Assembly: GCA_951406725.2 (NCBI GenBank)
Contig: OX597826.1
Span: forward strand, 42,036,001 to 42,100,000
Direction: 5' to 3'
Length of the DNA: 64,000 bases
Origin: Octopus vulgaris
Taxonomy: Eukaryota
Shown here piece after piece: positions 52,851-64,000 of the stretch (the stretch's first letter is position 1; each line of letters opens with the position of its first letter). The notes under the pieces are model-generated. The model searched no databases and was not told where the DNA came from. It was given only the letters and a program-made list of their open reading frames with translations. The position numbers and the translations under genes are program-made.

Positions 52851-53258
52851 CGATTTTTGTCCTTGGGTAGCAACTGTTATTTCCTGTTCGCTTACCCACT
52901 AGAAAGTATGAAAAATGGCTAATATTTCCTTCAAATTTTGCTTTTGTTACATTTCTTCAAACCCCTAAGAATCCCTCTCAATACATAGCTATGATGTTCA
53001 CCACTACTCCTGGTCATGATTAAAGAGATGCACATATTGTCAGCCTCTAAGGGACATACTCAAGTTGTTAAGGTCAAGCAACTGACAAGCAAATCTGTAG
53101 TATATCTACTTCAGTAACTCAGCGTTGTAATGTAATGGAAAATAGGTCAGTTTCAAAAGCAAAGTTTGGAGGTAATAGTTGTCATTTGAAATAGTTGTCA
53201 TTTCCTTTGATTTCTAGATAGAAGCAAATAGGAAATAACACTTACTATCCAAAGACAA

Positions 53259-53289
<31 letters not shown>

Positions 53290-53571
53290 GTAAAAATTAA
53301 AATTTTGTTACACAGTGCTATTTGTGCATTTGGCGATGCTAATAAATGTCTGAGCCAGAAACTGGAGAGGCTAAGAATTTCAAGTAAAGGAGACCGGCAA
53401 ACTCAAACTTAACAAATGCAATCTCTATATAGAACTTTAATAGAAATGCAACACTTTCTTCAAGATCGATGTTTAAAAAGTATCGTTGTTATGTACGTAC
53501 ATACGTACATACATACATACATACATACATACATACATACATACATACATACATACATACATACACACATA

Positions 53572-53793
53572 CATACAAGGGGCTGCTGAAAAGTTCCTGG
53601 CTTCGGATAAAAGAATATACAGGAGGATCAATTAGTTGTGATTTGATTCAACATATTCCCCTCTCATATTCACACACATATTGCAGCAGTCCTTCAATTT
53701 TTCTAAGCTCTGTTAAAGAACTCGGAAGGCTGGATCTCCATCCAGGCCATTCACGATACCCATAAAGCCAAGAACTTTTCAGCACCCGTCGTA
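53572..53793. mobile_element. Mariner-type MITE
   Basis: TACAAGGGGCTGCTGAAAAGTTC / GAACTTTTCAGCACCCGTCGTA TIRs with TA termini. Confidence 0.8.
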
Positions 53794-54229
53794 CATACAT
53801 GCAAGCATACATATAGACATATATCATATACATGTACATACATACATACATGCATTCATGCATTCATACATACATACATACATACATACATGCTTACATG
53901 CATGCATGCATGCATACATACATACATACATGCATACATACATACATACATGCATGCATACATACATACATACATACATACACACACACACGTATTCATA
54001 TATATATATAAACGAATTCATACAAGCATCTATGCATACATAAGGCACTTCCTGTCAATCCAGTATGAGATTACTAAAACAATATACAGAGCCAGCCGTA
54101 AGAAAGACTACCCTAAGATAAATATAGAAAATATTTTTGTTGTATAGTACATCTACATACATTCCAATACAAAGGATATTAGCAAAACATTCACGTCACA
54201 ACTTCCGCTAAATGCCAGCATAACAGGCT

Positions 54230-54560
54230 TCATTTAGTTGTTTTGGAGGGAAAGGGATTAAATCTTGTAGAGTTATAGGGGCCAGCTGCCCTGCAGATGT
54301 GAGCATTTCTTTCATAATATCTGACAATGAAAATATTTTTGGACAAGCTATTTCGGAATATAATTCTTCTCTATCTTTTGGTTATAAATTCACATTTTTA
54401 TCTGTAATTATCGGCGCACTTGAATATGATAATAAAAGCCTAAGTGACGATCTCAAAGATTTTTTGGTCAAAAACGTGACCAGCTAACATATACTTAAAA
54501 AATACAATCTGTAAGTGGTACCGTAAAAATATGGAAGAATTTCTCAAGTCAAAAATGTAA
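54230..54560 (+). mobile_element. R4/Dong-like LINE C-terminal remnant
   Basis: SCPADVSI..YKFTFLSVIIGAL..SVSGTVKIWKNFLK. Confidence 0.55.
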
Positions 54561-54778
54561 CTCTTCACCATTGTATTATCCAAATTCCAATGCTAACGTT
54601 TTAGTTCTTCGTTAGAAATTAGGTTCCTCTTTATAGGAAGGAGACAAATAAGTAAATAATAATAATAATATGCAGACGTATATTAATATATATATAAAAA
54701 TGCGATAGCTATTATTGATAAATGAGGTATGATTTAGCAATATGTACCATGCTTTGGCTAATTGTTTTAGGTAATTAT

Positions 54779-55351
54779 ATTGGGTTGTAATTATATTGGA
54801 TTCGTGCCGATTTATAGTAGCTTACCTTTCGATTTATTTTAGAACATGGTTGAGTCCATAAAATAGGATTTTACTACACCTCCATTTAGAGTACATTTAA
54901 GCTATCTTTTCGTGGAAGAAGGTTTATGTTCCTATAACCTGTGTTAATTCTGTAACCCTTTAAAATGGAAGATAAGGAAGATCATTTTCGGCACTAGATA
55001 CTTTGGGAACCAGGCAAAAATTGCTGCAGCTCGGCTGGGATGTATTACCCCACCCTCCGTATTCACAAGATATTGCTCCTTCGGATTTCCATTTATTCAG
55101 GTCTCTGCAGAATAGTCTTAATGGTAAAAATTTCAATTCTTTGGATGACGGAAAAAGATACCTTGATGAATTCTTTGCCATGAAACCACCTCAATTCTAG
55201 GAAGAGAGTATTTTGAAGTTAAAGGAAAGATGGAGGCGCAATGTGCAACAAAATGGTTCACATTTGGTTGATTAAAAATGTAATGGCAAGTATTTATTGA
55301 CCTTTTTCTTTCCTTTAAAAATCGGCACGAAATTTCCGGACAACCCTTATA
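54779..55351 (+). mobile_element. Internally deleted mariner transposon with both TIRs
   Basis: TRQKLLQLGWDVLPHPPYSQDIAPSDFHLFRSLQ (YSPDLAPSD motif) at ~55003-55270; TIRs GGGTTGT..TTCGTGCCGATTT / AAATCGGCACGAA..ACAACCC. Confidence 0.9.
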
Positions 55352-56051
55352 ATCGCTACCAAACATAGATAACTCCCGCCTATGACTCAGTGAAACATCG
55401 AGGATGTAACAACTGGAGAATGAGAGAGGAGAGAGAGGGAAGGGGGAAAAGAGAGAGAGAGAATGAGACAGAGAGTTGCATCATAGTCTGGTCGGTGCTC
55501 ACTTTCAGGTAAGAAATCTGAAGCAACATGAACTGAAGTTCCTTGCTCAAGGATATAACATGCTGCTCGACCTCATAATTGAACCCATGGTCTAATAATC
55601 ATAAACTCAACACACTAACCAGTAGTACACGTGCTTTTAAATTGCATGCATATTTCCATGCATGTCCATACGCTCATATACACAGAAAGACACACACATA
55701 TATAAACAAACACACAGAAAGACAGGCACATATACAAACAAACAGACAGAAAGATAGACAAACAGAAAGACAGACAGATATATCCACATAAATACAGACA
55801 GACACGTGCGCACATTCACATAGACATACACACATGCATAATACATAATACACATATACTGACAGACAGACGCACATACAAAACAGCTGCATTGGATAAC
55901 AACATTATCAGCTGGAGTAAAAACGGAATTTTACTGAAGGGAATATTTATACTTGATGACTGAACGTACAACTAACCCCTATTTTTAATGTGAAAAATAA
56001 CATAAAAAACCAAAAGCAAACCTCATCTAAGTGGTTTCTTTATCCTTTTTA

Positions 56052-56461
56052 TCTCTCTATATATAAACGGCAGTTTGTCTGTCTGTGTGTCTGTGTGTCT
56101 GTCAGGTTGTACCCTCACCCTGACCACGGCTTTCAACCGATTCTGATGAAACTTGACACACACATAGCCCAATGTCATAATTCAAAACTAACGCAGCGAA
56201 AATTTTGAAAAGTTCCCCCAGTTTTGAAAAAAAAATCGATAAATTTGACATGGGGTCGAGAATCTAAGCTTTTTATATGCAACACATTTTCTGTCGGGAG
56301 ACAGCTAGGAACATCGTATACATAGAAGTGATCGAGTGAAGAGAAGACGTTGCAACCTACACATGCGCCTTCGTTCCCTAGAGGGAAAGAACTAGATTGG
56401 GATTAGTCGTTGCCTACTAGGGGCTCTTACATACCTGGGCAACGCCGGGCTATGCTGCTAG
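56052..56461 (+). mobile_element. Non-autonomous Helitron
   Basis: A|TC start, 3' hairpin CCTGGGCAACGCCGGG, CTAG|T end, no TSD. Confidence 0.8.
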
Positions 56462-57479
56462 TTTATTCTAAAACTGCAACGAATACTTTGGTACTGGAAA
56501 TCTATGATATATAGGCAATGAGGATCAAAAGAAAGTAATTAAGGAATATTATACAGATTTTAAAACAGGTGGATCTCTGAGTTGTCCTTTTATTTTTTAC
56601 AAGACACAAGCAACAACTAAGTACTCAATAATGTGTTATGTGTGAAGCACTCAGACGGTTCTTGAAAATGTCTCATGCAGCTCCAGAAGTATTGAACCAG
56701 TCTCTCTGAACAAAGAGTTGGAAGAGAAAAACTCTGTATACAAACAAAATGTATACTTTGTTCTATGTATATTTTTCGGAAAGTAAGAACGATGTCAGGA
56801 CCTCACTTAGACTAGATACAAAATTTAGAAGATTTTACTTATATAATCATAGCACAAAAGATTATCTAGAGAACTGGATTAAGTCATAATCTACAGAGAC
56901 ACATTTTCGAACCCCTTCATTTCAAAGGCTGATATTTTTCAAGAAAAAAATATATTTCAAAAGGTCTCAAAGGACATTTAAACGGGGGTTATATATTTGT
57001 GAAATATGTTAAAACATTTACTTTAAAAGTAACTTGTAAATGTTACAATGATAGATAAAGGGCAAATTTACTGAGGGAGTCTATAACATCTTATTGAATT
57101 TAAAGATCGTTACAATTATATTTTAAAATCTTATATCGCGAGAATTTCTTTTGTTTTACCCCTTTCTTTTAGAGCATGGTCTTCCACAGAGTATACTTTC
57201 ACTTTCGTTTAGCTTGGCTCTTTTTGAGAAAGTTCAACATTAGAACACTCTCTATTCAAGTCCATCTCCATCGTCAAGCTTCATTGCTGTTTCAGGTTCG
57301 CGGCAATCCAGTTTGCATGTACACATCCGTTGACCACAAACCTAGCAGTTATAATGTTGCTGAGCTGACAACACTAGAGTCGTATAGTTTATTCGAAACC
57401 AGTCAATAACTTCTTTAACCACAGGTAAATGAAGCTTCAATAAATTTCTAAGCTGTTGGAATTTTACTCAGAGCAAAAT

Positions 57480-57636
57480 GCTTAGCGGCATTTTGTCCGT
57501 CTTGACGTCCTGAGTTCAAATTCTGTCGCGGTCAACTTTCGGTGCCGATAAAATAAGTACCAGCTGAATACTGGAGTCGATGTAATCGACTCTCTCTCTC
57601 CCTCAAACTTGCTAGCACTGCGCCAAAATTTGAAAC

Positions 57637-57640
<4 letters not shown>
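57480..57640 (+). mobile_element. SINE family B fragment
   Basis: CTTAGCGGCATTTTGTCCGTC..GAGTTCAAATTC..GTCGATGTAATCGAC. Confidence 0.7.
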
Positions 57641-58355
<715 letters not shown>

Positions 58356-58739
58356 CATCATCATTGTTATTATTATTATTATTAAGCTATTTAATTAACA
58401 GTAAGAAATTAAACAGGCTGGCGTTACACTTACTTGATTTTTGCTTTAATGAATAAACTAATAAAAATTAGGAAATGTGAAATGAGAAGAAAATTTATCT
58501 ATTTATTTTTTCTTTTCAACAAATTAGGGTCAGTTCTGTGCAGTACATTAGTACCTCGGTGTACCATTACTGCAATGATACTAGAAGGATTTTAGTATCA
58601 AATAAATACACAAATGGAAAAAAAATTTTAACAAGAGTAATCATCAGCAAAAAGCTCAAAAGAAATTATTTGAAACCTTTTTGCGAAACTTTTTTTTTTA
58701 ATAAATAAGAATTAATGTGTTTCTGTGTGTATGTCTATT

Positions 58740-58777
<38 letters not shown>

Positions 58778-58800
58778 TCTGTGTGTGTATATACATATAT

Positions 58801-59208
58801 ACTCCTTTACTCTTTTACTCGTTTCAGTCATTTGACTGCGGCCATGCTGGAGCACCGCCTTTAGTCGAGCAAATCGACCCCGGGACTTATTCTTTGTAAG
58901 CCCAGTACTTATTCTATCGGTCTCTTTTGCCGAACCGCTAAGTGACGGGTACGTAAACACACCAGCATCGGTTGTCAAGCAATGCTAGAGGGACAAACGC
59001 AGACACACAAACATATACATACACATACATATATATATATATACATATATACGACAGGCTTCTTTCAGGTTCCGTCTACCAAATCCACTCACAAGGCATT
59101 GGTCGGCCCGGGGCTATAGCAGAAGACATTTGCCCAAGATGCCACGCAGTGGGACTGAAACCAGAACCATGTGGCTGGTTAGCAAGCTACTTACCACACA
59201 ACCACTCC
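58801..59208 (-). mobile_element. SINE family A
   Basis: Match to 5083-5489. Confidence 0.85.
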
Positions 59209-59360
59209 TATATATAAACGTACGTATTAAATGATTTCAAAATATCACTATTTGGTTTGACTCCATTATTATAAGGCGGCGAATTGGCAGAATCGTTCGC
59301 ACGCCGGGCGAAATGTGTTTATCGCCACTGCATGTTGAAATCTTAAAAGTAAATTATTAA

Positions 59361-59754
59361 TCTTTATATATAAAACTAAAGTTGTGTGTCTGTCTCCTAC
59401 GATTTAGATTCCTAACTACTCCCACATTTTGCGGTGCAGTGTAACCAAAACCGGCTATCTTATAGTCGTGATTCATATCGAGTCCTGGGTATTAGCGCGC
59501 GTCTACGATGAGTCTACGATTTAAAAAAAAAATTACCATCACTTTTTTTCCATTTTAATGCATTTTTTCGCTATTATATAAGGGAAGTAACTCTCTAAAA
59601 ATGTCTACGATGAGTCAACGATTTAAAAAAAATTTACCATCATTTTATTTCCATTTTTAATGCATTTTTTGCTATTTTTTGGCTAAAACTCTCTAAAAAT
59701 GCTTATATAGTTATTTCCCTTACAAACCCGAGCAACGCCGGGCGATACTGCTAG
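59361..59754 (+). mobile_element. Non-autonomous Helitron with internal tandem duplication
   Basis: A|TCTTTATATATAAAA start; hairpin CCCGAGCAACGCCGGG; CTAG|T end; GTCTACGATGAGTC block repeated at ~59501 and ~59603. Confidence 0.8.
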
Positions 59755-60205
59755 TGTATTATATAGATGTAATTTTTGACGCTGAATCCGAATTTGTTAT
59801 TTATTTATTCCAAAAGTAATTTTGCGAAAATGTAACAGGTGTTCAAAGTTTGATAATTTTCCGAGTTTTCAGCCAATCAGAAAACGGCGCCTTCGCTGCC
59901 TCTTCCATCATCTGTCACAGTAGGAAGAAAGCGGCGGTGGGGGGGGTGGGGTGCACCGGAATGTCAAAACAATAAGCTAGCAGCAGTAAAGAGTGAAAAA
60001 AAACATTAAAAAATTCGCGAGCAAATTAAATATTTAAAAGCTACGAGCAAACCAACAAGAGTTGCAAGAAATAACAGTCAAAACATTACTTAAAACAGAT
60101 ATTTATTAGTTTAAAGAATTCGAGAACGAATGTTTGCAATACATTCTAGGATTTTATAAAATTAATTATCTTTCTCATATCTCCTTCTGCACATAAATTC
60201 ACATA

Positions 60206-60609
60206 GGCGCAGGAGTGACTGTGCGGTAAGTAGCTTGCTTACCAACGACATGGTTCCGGGTTCAGTCCCACTCCGTGACACCTTGGGCAAGTGTCTTCTA
60301 CTATAACCTCGGGCCGACCAAAGCCTTGTGAGTGGATTTGGTAGACGGAAACTGAAAGAAGCTCGTCGTACAAATGTATATAGATATGTATAAATGTATG
60401 TGTGTGTATATGTTTGTGTGTCTGTGTTTGTCTCCCCAACATCGCTTGACAACCGATGCTGGTGTGCTTACGTCCTCGTAACTTAGCGCTTCGGCAAAAG
60501 AAACCGATAGAATAAGTACTAGGCTTCCAAAGAATAAGTCGTGGAGTCGATTTTCTCGACTAAAGTCGCAGTCAAATGACTGAAACAAGTAAAAGAGTAA
60601 AAGAGTAAA
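60206..60609 (+). mobile_element. SINE family A
   Basis: Match to 5083-5489. Confidence 0.85.
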
Positions 60610-60619
60610 GATAAGAACG

Positions 60620-60838
60620 GTGTGTCCCACACTGGCATTTGTTTCCACGCTTTAAAGATGCCCAGGCACTCTCATTTTGTTGAGTGTGAGTCCCATCTTT
60701 TGAGTCTATAAATTCAGTGCTATGGTTCACAGTTTTATGTTTGAAATCATAGCCCACGATTTCCGGGATGTGATTATAAGCTCGCCACAGATCACTGAAG
60801 ATAGTGGTTCCTGAAAGAACTGAGTGTCGTATTGCAGT
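60620..60838 (-). pseudogene. Merlin (IS1595-like) DDE transposase fragment
   Basis: GTTIFSDLWRAYNHIPEIVGYDFKHKTVNHSTEFIDSKDGTHTQQNESAWASLK fits the SDxWxAY...HxTVNHS...HTQxxESxW pattern. Confidence 0.85.
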
Positions 60839-61154
60839 CCTTGTTTACACTCCTTGTGCGCATGCGCAACCTCTTTGGTTATTATGGAAACAGAGTTATT
60901 CGCAATCTATGGAACACGCGGTGCTTCTTTGCTTACTATGCTAACAGAACTTCACGGTGATGTGTAGAATACTCGCTTCTGATTGGCTAAAATTCTCAAA
61001 TTTTGCAAATTTTAGAGGCAGATAAGTTTTTGATAATGAATTTATAGGAAAAATTTTTCCTTTTCATAATTAGTATACAAAACTCAATCCATACGCCAAA
61101 TTCGAAAACAATTGGAGCAAAATTGTAGACTGTGACGATAACCACAAATATCAT

Positions 61155-61520
61155 AGAAATGCTTAACGGTTTTTCGTCTGTCGCTACATTCTGAGTTCAA
61201 ATTCCGCCGTGGTTGACTTTGCTTTTCATCCTTTCGGGGTCGATAAATTAAGTACCAGTTACGCACTGGGGGTCGATGTAATCGACTTAATACGTTTGTC
61301 TGTCCTTGTTTGTCCTCTCTATTTTTAGTCCCTTGTGGGCAATAAAGAAACAGGTATTTCGTCTGTCGCTACGTTCTGAGTTCAAATACCGCCGTGGTCG
61401 ACTTTGCTTTTCATCCTTTCGGGATCGATAAATTCAGTACCAGTTACGTACTGGGGTCGATATAATTGATTATCCCCCTCCCCGCAAAAATTTCAGGCTT
61501 TGTGTTTATGTTACAAAGGA
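61155..61520 (+). mobile_element. Tandem SINE family B copies
   Basis: Two TTCTGAGTTCAAAT..GACTTTGCTTTTCATCCTTTCGGG blocks. Confidence 0.8.
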
Positions 61521-62278
61521 TAATTACAATTTTATATATATATATATGTCTGTAATTCACACAAAAATGTGTTAAAGAAACAACACAAATGGTAACAACA
61601 ATAACATCAAAGAACACGAATTAGTAAAACTGATAAATAAACAACAATTTTTTGGGGGCTTTTCTCATTTCTGAATTTGCTGGCACCGAAATGACCTGGT
61701 CGTAATGACACAATTTCGTAACCTAAAGTTCTTTTATATTCTAGGTCGCTGTGATGACAACGTTGGCAGCAACGGTGACGCTGATGGTGGTGGTGGTGGT
61801 GATGGTGGTGGTGTTATTGTTGGTGGTGGTAGTAGGAATGATGTCTTTTAGAAACCAAGATGTGAGCACAAACAACAAGTACACAAACACAGATAAACAC
61901 AAACATACACACACACAAACATACATACATTCCTTCCATTTTACTGAGAATTTGTTTTTTTCTTTCACTTCATTTTTGCATGGTTTTAATTTCTGTCTGC
62001 ATACATACATACATACATACATACATACATACATACATACATACATACACACATACATACATACATGCATACATACATACATGTATACATACATACACAC
62101 ACATGCATACATATATCCAAACATGCATGCATACATACCTACATGCCTATATATATATATATACTTATAAATATTCAAACATTCATATATATATATGATT
62201 GTGTGTGTGTGTGTGTATGTGTGTGTGTTTGTGTGTGCATGTGTGTGTATATATCTATATATCTATATGCATGTATGA

Positions 62279-62335
<57 letters not shown>

Positions 62336-62419
62336 CATACATACATACATACATACATAATATAAACACTGACACACTCAACAGCAACAAAAACAACAGC
62401 TCACATACACACACACATA

Positions 62420-62492
<73 letters not shown>

Positions 62493-62807
62493 ATATATGT
62501 ATGTATATGTATGCGTTTGTCGAAATCAGTACATAAGCACGACCAAACAAACATCTGAAACATCTAAAGATTCCTGTAGATATCTTGTGATAGGGTATGG
62601 TTTGGCGCTGTGTTGTGGTGGTGGCGGTGGTAGTGGAATCATGGTGGTGGTGTTGTAGTGTGGTATGATGATGTTGCCGTGCGGTGTCTGGTGTAGAAGA
62701 AATGTTATAAGTTTATAAAGGTAAAGATGAGAAATGATGAAAGCGAACTAACTCGAAGTAAAAACGATTTGTTATTCTGAGTGACCGTAGAAAGCATTTG
62801 GGAGGCT

Positions 62808-63003
62808 AGAAGAAGAAGAAGAAGAAGAAGAAGAAGAAGAAGAAGAAGAAGAAGAAGAAGAAGAAGAAGAAGAAGAAGAAGAAGAAGAAGAAGAAGAAGG
62901 GCAAGGAGAAGTAGGAGGAAGAAGGAAAAAGAAAGAAGACGACGATGAAAAAAAGAAAAAGTAAAGTAGAAGACAAAGAAGAAAAAAGAAAGAGAAAAAG
63001 AAA

Positions 63004-63048
<45 letters not shown>

Positions 63049-63051
63049 AAG

Positions 63052-63083
<32 letters not shown>

Positions 63084-63240
63084 GAAGAAGAAGAAGGGCA
63101 AGGAGAAGAAGAAGAAGAAGAAGAAGAAGAAGAAGAAGGGCAAGGAGAAGAAGAAGAAGAAGAAGAAGAAGAAGAAGAAGAAGAAGAAGAAGAAGAAGAA
63201 GAAGAAGAAGAAGAAGAAGAGCAAGAACAAGAACAAGAAC
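62808..63240. repeat. Compound (GAA)n/(TAG)n microsatellite
   Basis: Direct reading. Confidence 0.97.
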
Positions 63241-63269
63241 AACAACAGCAACAATAACAACAGCAATAA

Positions 63270-63483
63270 TTGTTTCAGAATTTAGCACAAGGCCAGCAAC
63301 TTCGGGGTAGACGTAAGCCGATTCGATCGACTCCAGTACTCAACTAGTACTTATTTTAACGATCCCGAAAGGATGAAAGGCAAATACGACGTCTGTAAAA
63401 TTTGAACTCAGAACGTAAAGACGGACGAAATGGCACTAAGCATTTTGCCCGGCGAGCTAACGGTTTTGATAACTCGTCGCCTT
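63270..63483 (-). mobile_element. SINE family B, diverged
   Basis: CCCGAAAGGATGAAAGGCAAA..TTTGAACTCAGAACGTAAAGACGGACGAAATG. Confidence 0.75.
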
Positions 63484-63559
63484 CATAACAACAACAACCA
63501 CAACAATAATAATAGCACTACCACCATCACCAATACCACCAATAATAGTAATGATAACA

Positions 63560-64000
63560 CTTTCTTTTATTGGCCTTTAAGGCCGATCACAAAACAAATA
63601 GGAATGACACAATACAAGGGACAGGTGGGGTGTTGAACAATGCCGTGTATACAGTAAGTAACAAAAACAATTAACAAAACAATCAAACAATGAAATTCCC
63701 CAAAAGTGGAGAGTTCCTCACGGGGACAACCGAGGAACCTCACACATTCTGGTTATCTCGACCTCTAGATGCACCTCAGCATACACCTCTCTCCTCAAAC
63801 TCCTTTGGTTTACAAACGAAAGTTCAGAGAGGGCCCATTCACATGGGCCATCCTCACCACATTCACCCTTCTTTCAACAAATTTACTGAGGAGTGGTGAG
63901 GGAAGAGCTTTCCTCTCTAATCTCACCTTCCTTTTCAGGTGGAACTTGAAAAAGTCAATGAGGGTTTGGCCGAAGAGGAAAGTATCTGTCTTCAGCCCTT
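63560..64000 (-). mobile_element. Probable Tx1/L1-like LINE 3' end, continuing past the window
   Basis: Open stretch GLKTDTFLFGQTLIDFFKFHLKRKVRLERKAL..., stop, T-rich UTR, AATAAAAG before the microsatellite; clade is inference. Confidence 0.45.

Overview
AT-rich, microsatellite-saturated eukaryotic DNA with no host protein-coding gene that I can support; nearly all ORF-track entries are translated simple repeats. The SINE families and repeat density suggest a coleoid cephalopod such as Octopus (inference). The window holds tRNA-derived SINEs, LINE remnants (RTE, CR1-like, R4/Dong-like, CRE-like, Tx1-like), mariner and Merlin remnants, MITEs and two non-autonomous Helitrons. The main signal is a dense set of type I hammerhead ribozyme (HHR) motifs read directly from the sequence, about 18 copies including degenerate ones, in roughly 9 sequence families, most beside (TA)n or (AAT)n tracts. 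Two non-coding arrays (1-1617, ~496-bp unit; 44231-46430, ~536-bp unit) are tandem repeats that flip orientation internally, carry one HHR per full unit, and are distant homologues of each other. A 5'-truncated Penelope-like element (PLE) with a GIY-YIG endonuclease remnant and its own HHR abuts the first array. Together these suggest a microsatellite-targeted PLE/retrozyme-like system whose HHRs often pair a minimal palindromic stem III with an unusually long stem II insert. All pairings and translations were done by eye; coordinates of degenerate elements are approximate.
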